Part shown: piece after piece, positions 56,247 to 64,000 of the stretch
Numbering within the stretch: the stretch's first letter is position 1
Layout: every line of letters starts with the position of its first letter
Origin: Candidatus Poribacteria bacterium
GTDB lineage: Bacteria; Poribacteria; WGA-4E; WGA-3G
DNA length: 64,000 bases
Direction: 5' to 3'
Assembly: GCA_965197475.1 (NCBI GenBank)
Contig: CBDANF010000003.1
Coordinates: 1,728,001-1,792,000 of the forward strand
The notes under the pieces: generated by a model
The model's input: only the letters and a program-made list of their open reading frames with translations
Told to the model about the DNA's origin: nothing
Databases searched by the model: none
Position numbers and translations under genes: made by a program

Positions 56247-56855
56247 ATGAACGTTGAACAGGAAAGTGAAGCTGATCACAAGCATGAATTGCAAGATCAG
56301 ACAGCGAATTTAGAATCTCTTTATACACAGATTCTCGAAAATATGGGGGAAGACCCAAGCCGTCAAGGTTTGATGAGAACACCACTTCGCGCCGCTAAAG
56401 CATTAGAGTTTTTGACGAGTGGTTACCATCAGGATATTGATAGGATATTAAATAAAGCTCTCTTTGACGAAGATAACGACGACATGGTCATTGTCAAAGA
56501 TATTGAATTTTATAGTCTCTGTGAGCATCACATTCTACCGTTTTGGGGCAAGTGCCATGTCGGTTATCTTCCACAAAAACGGATTATCGGTCTAAGCAAA
56601 ATTCCGAGAATTGTGGACATGTTTGCACGGCGTTTGCAGGTTCAGGAACGCTTAACACGCGAAATTGCCGAAGTACTGCAAGCAGCTTTGGACCCGACAG
56701 GCATTGGGGTCGTAATGGAGGCCCAACACATGTGCATGATGGCGCGTGGCGTAGAAAAGCAAGCCTCAAAGATGACAACAAATGCTATGCGTGGCACATT
56801 TCGGGAAGATAGTTCAACGCGTGCTGAGTTTCTTAGATGTATCCAGGTTTCCTAA
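56247..56855 (+). CDS. folE: GTP cyclohydrolase I
   Basis: SLCEHHILPF, GLSKIPR, RRLQVQERLT and HMCMMARGV motifs. Confidence 0.96.
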   Translation: MNVEQESEADHKHELQDQTANLESLYTQILENMGEDPSRQGLMRTPLRAAKALEFLTSGYHQDIDRILNKALFDEDNDDMVIVKDIEFYSLCEHHILPFWGKCHVGYLPQKRIIGLSKIPRIVDMFARRLQVQERLTREIAEVLQAALDPTGIGVVMEAQHMCMMARGVEKQASKMTTNAMRGTFREDSSTRAEFLRCIQVS

Positions 56856-56919
56856 AAGTAACCCAAGTTGCTACTAACAAGTTTTCGACGTTTCAAGGGT
56901 TTTTACAGATTCTTCTCCA

Positions 56920-57075
56920 CCCCGTAGGGGTGATGTGTCTATAGAAAACGGCATATTTAAGCAACTGCACCCTGTAGGGGTGCTATGTCTATAGATAGGT
57001 GGCAACTTGGGTTAAAAGTAGTTGCACACACCATGTGCCGTAATAAAAGTAGTAGGCACACACCGTGTGCCGTAC
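56920..57075. repeat. REP-like direct repeats and palindromes
   Basis: Two copies of GTAGGGGTG.T.TGTCTATAGA and two of GCACACACC.TGTGCCGTA. Confidence 0.55.
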
Positions 57076-57094
57076 ACCTATTTCTATATAAAAC

Positions 57095-57850
57095 ATGCCA
57101 ATGCCAAACAGTATCAACGATCTACAGACGAATAATCTCAAAGGAAAAGTTGCCGTTGTCACCGGTGCATCAAAAGGAATCGGTAAAGCAATAGCCGTTG
57201 CCTTGGTGGATGCAGGCGCAAAGGTAGTCTTGGCTGCGCGCACGCGTCAGACTGTGGAACAGGTCGCAGCGGACCTAAGAGAAGCAGGAGCCGACGCGCT
57301 TGCTGTCCCGTCTGATGTCACAGATGTTGACGCTGTGCAAAACCTCATCCAACGGACATTGGATACCTATCAGAATCTGGATATTTTGATAAACAGTGCG
57401 GGAAACGGTATATTTGGAACCGTTGCCGATTTCGACCCGTCAGATTGGGATAGCGTCATCAATTCCAATTTGAAAGGGGTCTACCTCTGTGCCAAATACG
57501 CACTTCCGCACCTATTAGCACAAGAAGGTGGAGGACAAATTATTAACGTGCTTTCTATTGCGGCGAAGGTTGCTTTTCCCGCTTCCGGTGCATATTGTGC
57601 AGCAAAAGCAGGGGCACTTGCCCTAACAAAAGTATTGGCTGCTGAAGTGCGAGACCAAAACATTCGGGTGACAGCAGTCCTACCCGGTTCCGTTGAGACA
57701 CCGTTTTGGAATGATATTCCACAGCATCCCGATTTTGAAAAGATGCTTAAACCTGAACATGTTGCAAACGCGGTTCTATCCGTATGCCAACAACCGATTG
57801 GAATGGTTACCGAAGAAATTGTTGTGATGCCACCGCTTGGGATTCTGTAA
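57095..57850 (+). CDS. SDR oxidoreductase, probable sepiapterin reductase
   Basis: TGASKGIG, NSAG and YCAAK motifs; follows PTPS-folE. Confidence 0.8.
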   Translation: MPMPNSINDLQTNNLKGKVAVVTGASKGIGKAIAVALVDAGAKVVLAARTRQTVEQVAADLREAGADALAVPSDVTDVDAVQNLIQRTLDTYQNLDILINSAGNGIFGTVADFDPSDWDSVINSNLKGVYLCAKYALPHLLAQEGGGQIINVLSIAAKVAFPASGAYCAAKAGALALTKVLAAEVRDQNIRVTAVLPGSVETPFWNDIPQHPDFEKMLKPEHVANAVLSVCQQPIGMVTEEIVVMPPLGIL

Positions 57851-57878
57851 GAAAGGGTTGTATCTGTCCACATAACGG

Positions 57879-59210
57879 TTAGGTATTGAATCTGCCGAGT
57901 CGCCGCCGAATACGAATTTTTCGGATGCCGCGTGTATCAGCATCTAAAATAGTGATGACTGCATCTCCGAGTTCTAATTCTGTACCAGTTTCTGGAATAG
58001 TACCAGTGCGTTCAAGAATATAGCCAGCGACATTTTCATAATCCCCTTGCGGAATTGAAAGCCCAAAATGTTCTTCCAATATACGAACTTCGGTTCTACC
58101 GTCACATTCAAGAATGTCAGGAGCAATTAAACGGATGAAATCCGTGTCATCACGCTCATCAGCAAATTCACCAACAATTTCTTCAATAAGGTCTTCAACG
58201 GTCACGAGACCAACAACACCTCTGTATTCATCAACAGCGAATACCATCGTATGTTGTGTATTCTGAATCTCTTTGAGGAGTGCGTTAATATTTTTTGATT
58301 CAGGAACAAAGTGCAAGTTTGTCCGGATAAACGGTTCGACCGTTTCAGGTCGGTTTTCTGCATAGATAACGTCTAAAAGGTTGACAATTCCAATAATGTT
58401 GTAAATGCGCTCATTGTAAACTGGAATCCGAGAATAGCCTGAATCAGCGGCAATTTGTAAAAAATCTTCACATGTAGTTGTTTTTTGAATTGCAACGATA
58501 TCAACAAGCGGCACCATAACCTGTGTCACGGTGCGGTTTTGGAAGTTGAGTAGACGGTGAATCATCCGCCGCTGTTCTGTCAGAAGGTTACCTGATCTTT
58601 CACCCATAGTTGCGAGTAATCGCAACTCTTCATGTTGCGCATCAAGACTGGGTGGAGTTGCCCCTCTATCTATGAGTCTGATAAGAAATTTTGTCACAGA
58701 TTGCACAAAATAAATAAGCGGGGCTAAGACAAATTCAGATAACCGCAAGATATAAGCATAACGCAGGGCAAGGATATCTGCCTTAACACGGAAAATTGTT
58801 TTCGGCAAGATTTCACCGAAAATGAGTAGCAAGACGGTTATATATATAATAGTGATTGCCCCTCGTAGCTCATCTGTAAAGTTTGGCAATAATTTTTCAG
58901 TCAATTGGACTCCAAATAGTGAAATCAAGACATTGGCGAGATTCGTTCCTACCAAGGTGAGTGCGAGCATCCTATCGGGGGATTCAACTAAACGGTGAAT
59001 AATTTTTGCCTTTGAATCCTGAGATTCAACAAGTTGGTTAATTCGGATTTTGTTGACTGAGACGAGGGCAGTTTCTGAACCGGAGTAGAAGGCGGAGAGG
59101 ATAAGGCAGACAAGGACCGCAAATACAAATGAACCGATCAGTATAGGTATCGCAAGACTTGTTCCGCTTCCAGCACCGATTAAAATGAGGGATAATAGAA
59201 GGAGTTTCAA
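57879..59210 (-). CDS. Hemolysin-family CNNM/CBS/CorC protein
   Basis: SAFYSGSETAL, FGEILPK, GYSRIPVY and VDEY.G..GLVT.EDL.EEIVGE motifs. Confidence 0.92.
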   Translation of the reverse strand: MKLLLLSLILIGAGSGTSLAIPILIGSFVFAVLVCLILSAFYSGSETALVSVNKIRINQLVESQDSKAKIIHRLVESPDRMLALTLVGTNLANVLISLFGVQLTEKLLPNFTDELRGAITIIYITVLLLIFGEILPKTIFRVKADILALRYAYILRLSEFVLAPLIYFVQSVTKFLIRLIDRGATPPSLDAQHEELRLLATMGERSGNLLTEQRRMIHRLLNFQNRTVTQVMVPLVDIVAIQKTTTCEDFLQIAADSGYSRIPVYNERIYNIIGIVNLLDVIYAENRPETVEPFIRTNLHFVPESKNINALLKEIQNTQHTMVFAVDEYRGVVGLVTVEDLIEEIVGEFADERDDTDFIRLIAPDILECDGRTEVRILEEHFGLSIPQGDYENVAGYILERTGTIPETGTELELGDAVITILDADTRGIRKIRIRRRLGRFNT

Positions 59211-59225
59211 TAGTAACAGCCCCGG

Positions 59226-60569
59226 TTATATTTCGATATCAGATGTTTCGGGTGTGGGCACTCGCATAAACAAACCCGTGATTAGATTGCCTTCTGTTGC
59301 GGTAATCTCAAATTCTATACCGTTTTCGTCAACTTGAGATTCACCGGCAGATGGAATGTGTCCAAAGAGCCCGACAGCGTAACCACCGATAGTATCGGCA
59401 TCATCTTTTTGGAGTTTAAGTTCGAATTGCTGGTTGAGTTCGCGAATGCTCATGCGTCCTGACATTTCAAGCACCAACGGGTCATCTGAATGTTTGATAT
59501 ATTCAGGTGGAGAATCGTCCTTATCATGTTCATCAACGATATCACCGACCACCTGCTCAACGATATCTTCAGTCGTAACAATGCCGGAAATGCCGCCATA
59601 TTCATCACGGAGAATTGCTATTTTAGTTTTTTCGCGTTTCAGTTGGAGTAACAGGATTCCGATTTTACGGGTTTCGAGTACTAAAACAGGGTCGCGAATT
59701 AGCGGCGCGTTAGCGGGAACTTCTGCAATTTGCTCTCGTTTTTCTAAAAATTCATCAATCGTAAGCAAATTAATCTCTGTATTACGCCACTGTACGAGAT
59801 CTTTGACATAGAAGATGCCACAAATTTTATCAATCTGTTCACGGTAGACGGGAATGCGTGAGAACCCAGATTCTTTTGCCTGTGTTAAGGTCTCTTGGAT
59901 AGTATTTGATGTAGGTACTGCAATAACTTCGGTTCTGGGCACCATAATTTCTTTTGCCTCAATGTCTCGCAATTGAAGGATATTGCCCACAATTTCCCGC
60001 TCATCGGGTGGAAGTGCTTCCTCGTGGTAAGTTTTGAAAATTTCTTGTAAATCTGTCGTAGTAAGTTTTTCTGAAGGTGGCAGCTGTCCACCAAATATTG
60101 GGACAAGGAAATCAATGATTTTACGTAGAAGGGCGCGTAAAGGAGAAATGACAACAGAAAATACCCATAACGGTGGGGCAGTTATTTTGGCAAAGGACTC
60201 TGCATGCTTAATAGCGTATGTTTTCGGTGTCATCTCGCCAAAGATAAGCATAAGGAGCACACTAAGTGCTGTAGCAATGATAAATTGGATAACTGGGGGG
60301 GATTGCTGAAGCACTCGCGACACAAGTTTTAGCATCAGTATCGCGAAGGTGACATTAACCAGATTGTTACCGAGTAGGACAGTAATAAACAACCGGCGTG
60401 GGTTGTCAACAAAATTGACAACTGCCGATGCACTTCCCCGTTTGAAACGTATCTTTTCGATCTGGACTCGCGTTAATGCACATAAAGCCGTCTCAGAACT
60501 GGAGAAAAAACCGGAAAGGATGAGTAAACCTACTAATCCAATCAGATAAGGTAGTAATGGAACTTCCAT
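59226..60569 (-). CDS. Hemolysin-family CNNM/CBS/CorC protein
   Basis: SGFFSSSETAL, FGEMTPK, MVPRTE, FSRIPVY and DEYGG.SGIVT.EDIVE motifs. Confidence 0.92.
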   Translation of the reverse strand: MEVPLLPYLIGLVGLLILSGFFSSSETALCALTRVQIEKIRFKRGSASAVVNFVDNPRRLFITVLLGNNLVNVTFAILMLKLVSRVLQQSPPVIQFIIATALSVLLMLIFGEMTPKTYAIKHAESFAKITAPPLWVFSVVISPLRALLRKIIDFLVPIFGGQLPPSEKLTTTDLQEIFKTYHEEALPPDEREIVGNILQLRDIEAKEIMVPRTEVIAVPTSNTIQETLTQAKESGFSRIPVYREQIDKICGIFYVKDLVQWRNTEINLLTIDEFLEKREQIAEVPANAPLIRDPVLVLETRKIGILLLQLKREKTKIAILRDEYGGISGIVTTEDIVEQVVGDIVDEHDKDDSPPEYIKHSDDPLVLEMSGRMSIRELNQQFELKLQKDDADTIGGYAVGLFGHIPSAGESQVDENGIEFEITATEGNLITGLFMRVPTPETSDIEI

Positions 60570-60794
60570 TCGTTTTTGTGGACGATGTTTAATGAGGTGT
60601 TCGTCCGGGGTATCTAATCTCAGTTTCTGGTGTTAAAATATAACGTGTTTACTATTGTTATAACGTGGTTTAGTATTAATTATAACATGTTAACACATTA
60701 AACGCAAAAAAAATAGCAGCCCAGCAAATTCCGATGAATACTCACACGCAATTCTACTGCCAAGCAGTACTTAATCAATAGAAAACCAGACAAA

Positions 60795-61448
60795 ATGAGG
60801 CAGTCAATGACAAAATTAGAACAGATGCAACGTATTGAGGCATCCGGTATTGTCGCTATAATTCGTGCCAACAGATCAGATGAACTGATTGAAGCGGCAG
60901 CGGCTATTCAAACTGGGGGTGTTGATGTTATTGAAATAACGATGACAACACCAAAGGCGTTACGGGTAATTAGCGAAGTATCAGCACGTTTAGGCAATGC
61001 GGTCTTAATTGGGGTCGGTTCGGTTCTCGACGCGGAGACAGCTCGTGCAGCGATGCTCGCTGGTGCTGAATTTGTCGTCAGCCCCGTTACGAAACCAGAC
61101 GTGATTGAAATTTGCAACCGGTACGGCAAAGTCGTTATACCGGGGGCATTCACACCTACAGAGATTTTGACAGCATGGGAAACAGGTGCGGATTATGTGA
61201 AAGTTTTTCCTTCAAGTGGGGTCGGTTCTTCCTACATCAAGGATATAAAAGCCCCTCTTCCGCAGATTCCACTTATTCCGACCGGTGGCATCAATGCCGA
61301 AAATGCCGCTGAGTTTATTAAGGCTGGTGCATCCGCATTAGGGGTTGGAAGTTCCCTTGTTAGTAACTCTCTCATTGAATCTGGGGATTTCGCGACACTC
61401 ACGGAAAGGGCGAAGAATTTGATCGATGCTGTCAAATCCGCCAGATGA
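60795..61448 (+). CDS. eda: KDPG/KHG aldolase
   Basis: IVAIIR, IEIT, GAEFVVSP, PG.FTPTEI, KVFP and PTGGI motifs. Confidence 0.9.
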   Translation: MRQSMTKLEQMQRIEASGIVAIIRANRSDELIEAAAAIQTGGVDVIEITMTTPKALRVISEVSARLGNAVLIGVGSVLDAETARAAMLAGAEFVVSPVTKPDVIEICNRYGKVVIPGAFTPTEILTAWETGADYVKVFPSSGVGSSYIKDIKAPLPQIPLIPTGGINAENAAEFIKAGASALGVGSSLVSNSLIESGDFATLTERAKNLIDAVKSAR

Positions 61449-61495
61449 TTGATAAACCAAAGTGATGCTGCAAACGTCTCATATTAGTAATTAGT

Positions 61496-61535
61496 TTCGC
61501 CCATGCCTATACGTTTTCGCCCATGCCTATACGTT
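61496..61535. repeat. Perfect 20-bp tandem duplication
   Basis: TTCGCCCATGCCTATACGTT x2. Confidence 0.85.
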
Positions 61536-61594
61536 CCACTTTCGCGATCAATTTCTACGGTATTAAATAAGATGATTACCAAAACCGATATACG

Positions 61595-61648
61595 AAGGGT
61601 AGACGACAGTTCTTCTTGATGGTTTAAGGGTAGACGACAGTTCTTCTT
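61595..61648. repeat. 23-bp direct repeat with 8-bp spacer
   Basis: AAGGGTAGACGACAGTTCTTCTT at 61595 and 61626. Confidence 0.85.
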
Positions 61649-61795
61649 AGAACTCAAATTTATTCTACATGATCAAATTAATAATCGTTTTTACGTTGAC
61701 AGTTGCTGCTATTTTTGCTAATTTCTTTATAATGCAAGAAAAATGAGCACACAGTAGTTTGTTAAACACAAGATATAGCCTAGCGAAAAACCGTT

Positions 61796-63781
61796 ATGAA
61801 GATTAACGAATTGATATTAGGTAAATATAGGTTGCTTGAGTACCTTAGTTCAGGTAGCTTTTCGTCTGTTTTTCGCGCGCGCGAAGAGATGACGAATCGT
61901 ATTGTTGCAATCAAAGCACTCTCCAAAGATGCTTATCCGGCGGATAGAACGCGCTATCTTTTCACCGAACTTCGAGCAATGTCAAATATATGGGGACATC
62001 CCAATATTGTCTCAATCCATACTGTTGAGCCAGGCAAGGACAACTATCTCGCATGGATAGTTATGGAATATATTGAAGGTGCTAACCTGCATCAACTCGT
62101 TCAATACGGCGATTTAACCTTAAACGATGTCCTCAATATCGGTTTAGGTATATGCAACGGTTTAAAAACTGCACATGCCCACAATATCTTGCACCGTGAT
62201 ATTAAACCACAAAATATATTACTCACTCCTGAAAAAGAGGCGAAAATAGCAGATTTCGGTATCGCCCGTATTTTTGGTGAGACAACAGAATTTGCCGTAA
62301 CTATGACCGGTACCCGACGCTACATGGCACCAGAACAACATTATGGGGCTTATGACTATCGGGCAGATCTGTACGCTACAGGTTTAGCCCTTTATGAGGC
62401 ACTCACAAAACAATTTCCATTTTCTGGTGAAGCTGATGAAATTGATAGAAAGAAAGCCTCAGCTGAAATAGAGAACATTGAAAAATGCCCAGAGGAATTC
62501 CGAAATTTTGCACTAAAAGCACTCCATAGAGATGTTGATAAACGTTACCAAACAGCATCTGAAATGTACGAGGAACTCGACCGAATTCGCCGTTGGCAGT
62601 ACGAACAGCAAGCCTCTATCTTTATTGCAGAAAGTGCGAATTCACCCGCAACTGAATTGGCAAGTGCTCTTGAACGTTGCCGAAAAACCTTCCGATTACA
62701 AATTGATACTGCCGAGCAAATCAACCAAAACCTTTTCTTTGAAATGCGTAGCAAAGCCGAAAAAGAAAATAGTGAAAGACTTAAGATCCGACTCAAGCAA
62801 CACTACAACGAAGCTTTTGAATACGCGCAGAACGGTGCTATAGATGAAACACTTCAAGAACTTCATAAGGCACACAACCTCTGTTTGCAGGATGCTGAAC
62901 TCGTTGCGCAAGCTGACTCACTTTTCAAGGAAATGAAAACACTTGTCCCAGCTTCAGATGCACCGACAATTCAAACAATTACCGAATTAATTGAGAAGTT
63001 ATCAGAGACAGAAAAATCAATTCTTCTGGACGAGTTAACCTTGACGGAAGAACAAGTTGACTCGGAAGAACAGGTTGATCGGGAAGTTTACCATGAAGAA
63101 TTGGATACGCCGCTTGTACCCAAAACCCAAACGCAATCCGAAAGCAATTATCGCGTCTTAATAGAAGAAGCCCCTCCTGAATTTTTATTGGATAAAGTCC
63201 ACGAAGATATTCAATATCCGCATGAAGAAGAAGCAGCCTACATCTATCAACAAGCACAAATTTTTACCCAACAAGGAAATATGCGCAGATGTCTTACGCA
63301 ATATAAGACACTCGGTGCTTTTTACCACAAACATGCTAAACGGTTTATTAGAATGGACGAGGTGGAACTCGTAGCGAATTGTTATACACGCGCACGATTT
63401 GCTTATGCAGCCGCGAAAAAGCCACGAGACGCAAAGAAAAACGCAAGAAACGGTGCCGTGTATTATGTTCATCTGGCACGGCAACTGGAAATGCAGCGCG
63501 CATGGACGGAGTCTGGCAAGTCATACATCCTCGCTGCAGACAATTATCGTTATGCCCAGCTTAGTCTGGAAGTGGAAAAGTGCGAATCTTCGGCTACTGT
63601 TTGCTATTTCAATGCTGCTGAAAGCGCACATCTTATTGGTGATCTCCAAACTGCTTACGATTATTATATGCGAATTTTAACAATCGGTGAGAAATTGCAA
63701 AATCCGCCAAGAGCAGTAATTGAGGCACAAAAATTACTTGGCGAAATTCATGATTCAAGTATAGGGAAAGTGCATGTTTGA
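61796..63781 (+). CDS. Hanks-type Ser/Thr protein kinase with C-terminal helical/TPR-like region
   Basis: VAIK, HPNIV, HRDIKPQN, DFGIA and YMAPEQ motifs; no TM segment. Confidence 0.92.
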   Translation: MKINELILGKYRLLEYLSSGSFSSVFRAREEMTNRIVAIKALSKDAYPADRTRYLFTELRAMSNIWGHPNIVSIHTVEPGKDNYLAWIVMEYIEGANLHQLVQYGDLTLNDVLNIGLGICNGLKTAHAHNILHRDIKPQNILLTPEKEAKIADFGIARIFGETTEFAVTMTGTRRYMAPEQHYGAYDYRADLYATGLALYEALTKQFPFSGEADEIDRKKASAEIENIEKCPEEFRNFALKALHRDVDKRYQTASEMYEELDRIRRWQYEQQASIFIAESANSPATELASALERCRKTFRLQIDTAEQINQNLFFEMRSKAEKENSERLKIRLKQHYNEAFEYAQNGAIDETLQELHKAHNLCLQDAELVAQADSLFKEMKTLVPASDAPTIQTITELIEKLSETEKSILLDELTLTEEQVDSEEQVDREVYHEELDTPLVPKTQTQSESNYRVLIEEAPPEFLLDKVHEDIQYPHEEEAAYIYQQAQIFTQQGNMRRCLTQYKTLGAFYHKHAKRFIRMDEVELVANCYTRARFAYAAAKKPRDAKKNARNGAVYYVHLARQLEMQRAWTESGKSYILAADNYRYAQLSLEVEKCESSATVCYFNAAESAHLIGDLQTAYDYYMRILTIGEKLQNPPRAVIEAQKLLGEIHDSSIGKVHV

Positions 63782-63859
63782 AACTGTCCAAGCATTCGAT
63801 TTATTGAGGCAGTTCATAAATAATTACGGGTTTCATGCAATCGCACAGAACATAACGAA

Positions 63860-64000
63860 ATGTATGATCTTCTTGCTATTGGTCGCAGCTCCATAGACCT
63901 CTACTCTAATGATATAGGAAGCCCTTTTCCTGAAATCACAAGTTTTGGCGCATTTGTCGGAGGGTGTCCCACTAATATAAGTGTTGGCACACGCCGTCTT
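63860..64000 (+). CDS. iolC: 5-dehydro-2-deoxygluconokinase (PfkB family), 3'-truncated by window edge
   Basis: MYDLLAIGRSSIDLYSNDIG...SF.AFVGGCPTNISVGTRRL is a typical IolC N-terminus. Confidence 0.75.
   Translation, partial: MYDLLAIGRSSIDLYSNDIGSPFPEITSFGAFVGGCPTNISVGTRRL

Noticed and set aside
61496-61648. CRISPR array
   Set aside because: Only two copies of each repeat, spacers of 0 and 8 bp, and no cas genes.

Overview
Bacterial chromosomal window of moderate GC. It is most likely Candidatus Poribacteria, inferred from a WD40-cohesin-dockerin protein ending in the LLPNYPNPFNPETWIPYQL...ATRKMLIRK domain and from DUF6785-type membrane proteins. The flanks hold mostly housekeeping and metabolic genes: pyrK, bioB, serS with tRNA-Val/tRNA-Asp, an amidase, a sulfatase, a rhodanese-PTPS-folE-SDR pterin operon, two CNNM genes, eda, a Ser/Thr kinase and the start of iolC. 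The standout is an ~18.4 kb minus-strand locus (22985-41430). It runs from an ECF sigma factor through six tandem cassettes to an STT3/AglB-like oligosaccharyltransferase and a CDP-alcohol phosphotransferase. Each cassette has a 54-55 aa two-Cys peptide, a membrane-anchored protein A (constant N-terminus, variable body) and a secreted Cys/His-rich protein B (variable N-terminus, constant C-terminus). Each intact cassette ends in a hairpin and a copy of the first ~27 codons of the STT3 gene. A and B types co-vary as cognate pairs, and their constant parts are reassorted between cassettes, which suggests a recombination-diversified surface/secreted (glyco)protein system. No recombinase, reverse transcriptase or Cas gene is present in the window. 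Other points of interest are two MITE families, REP-like palindromes, a probable tetrahydrobiopterin operon, a Rieske-ankyrin-Rieske cluster and a duplicated HhH-MORN gene pair. All functional calls come from visual motif recognition; no searches were run.
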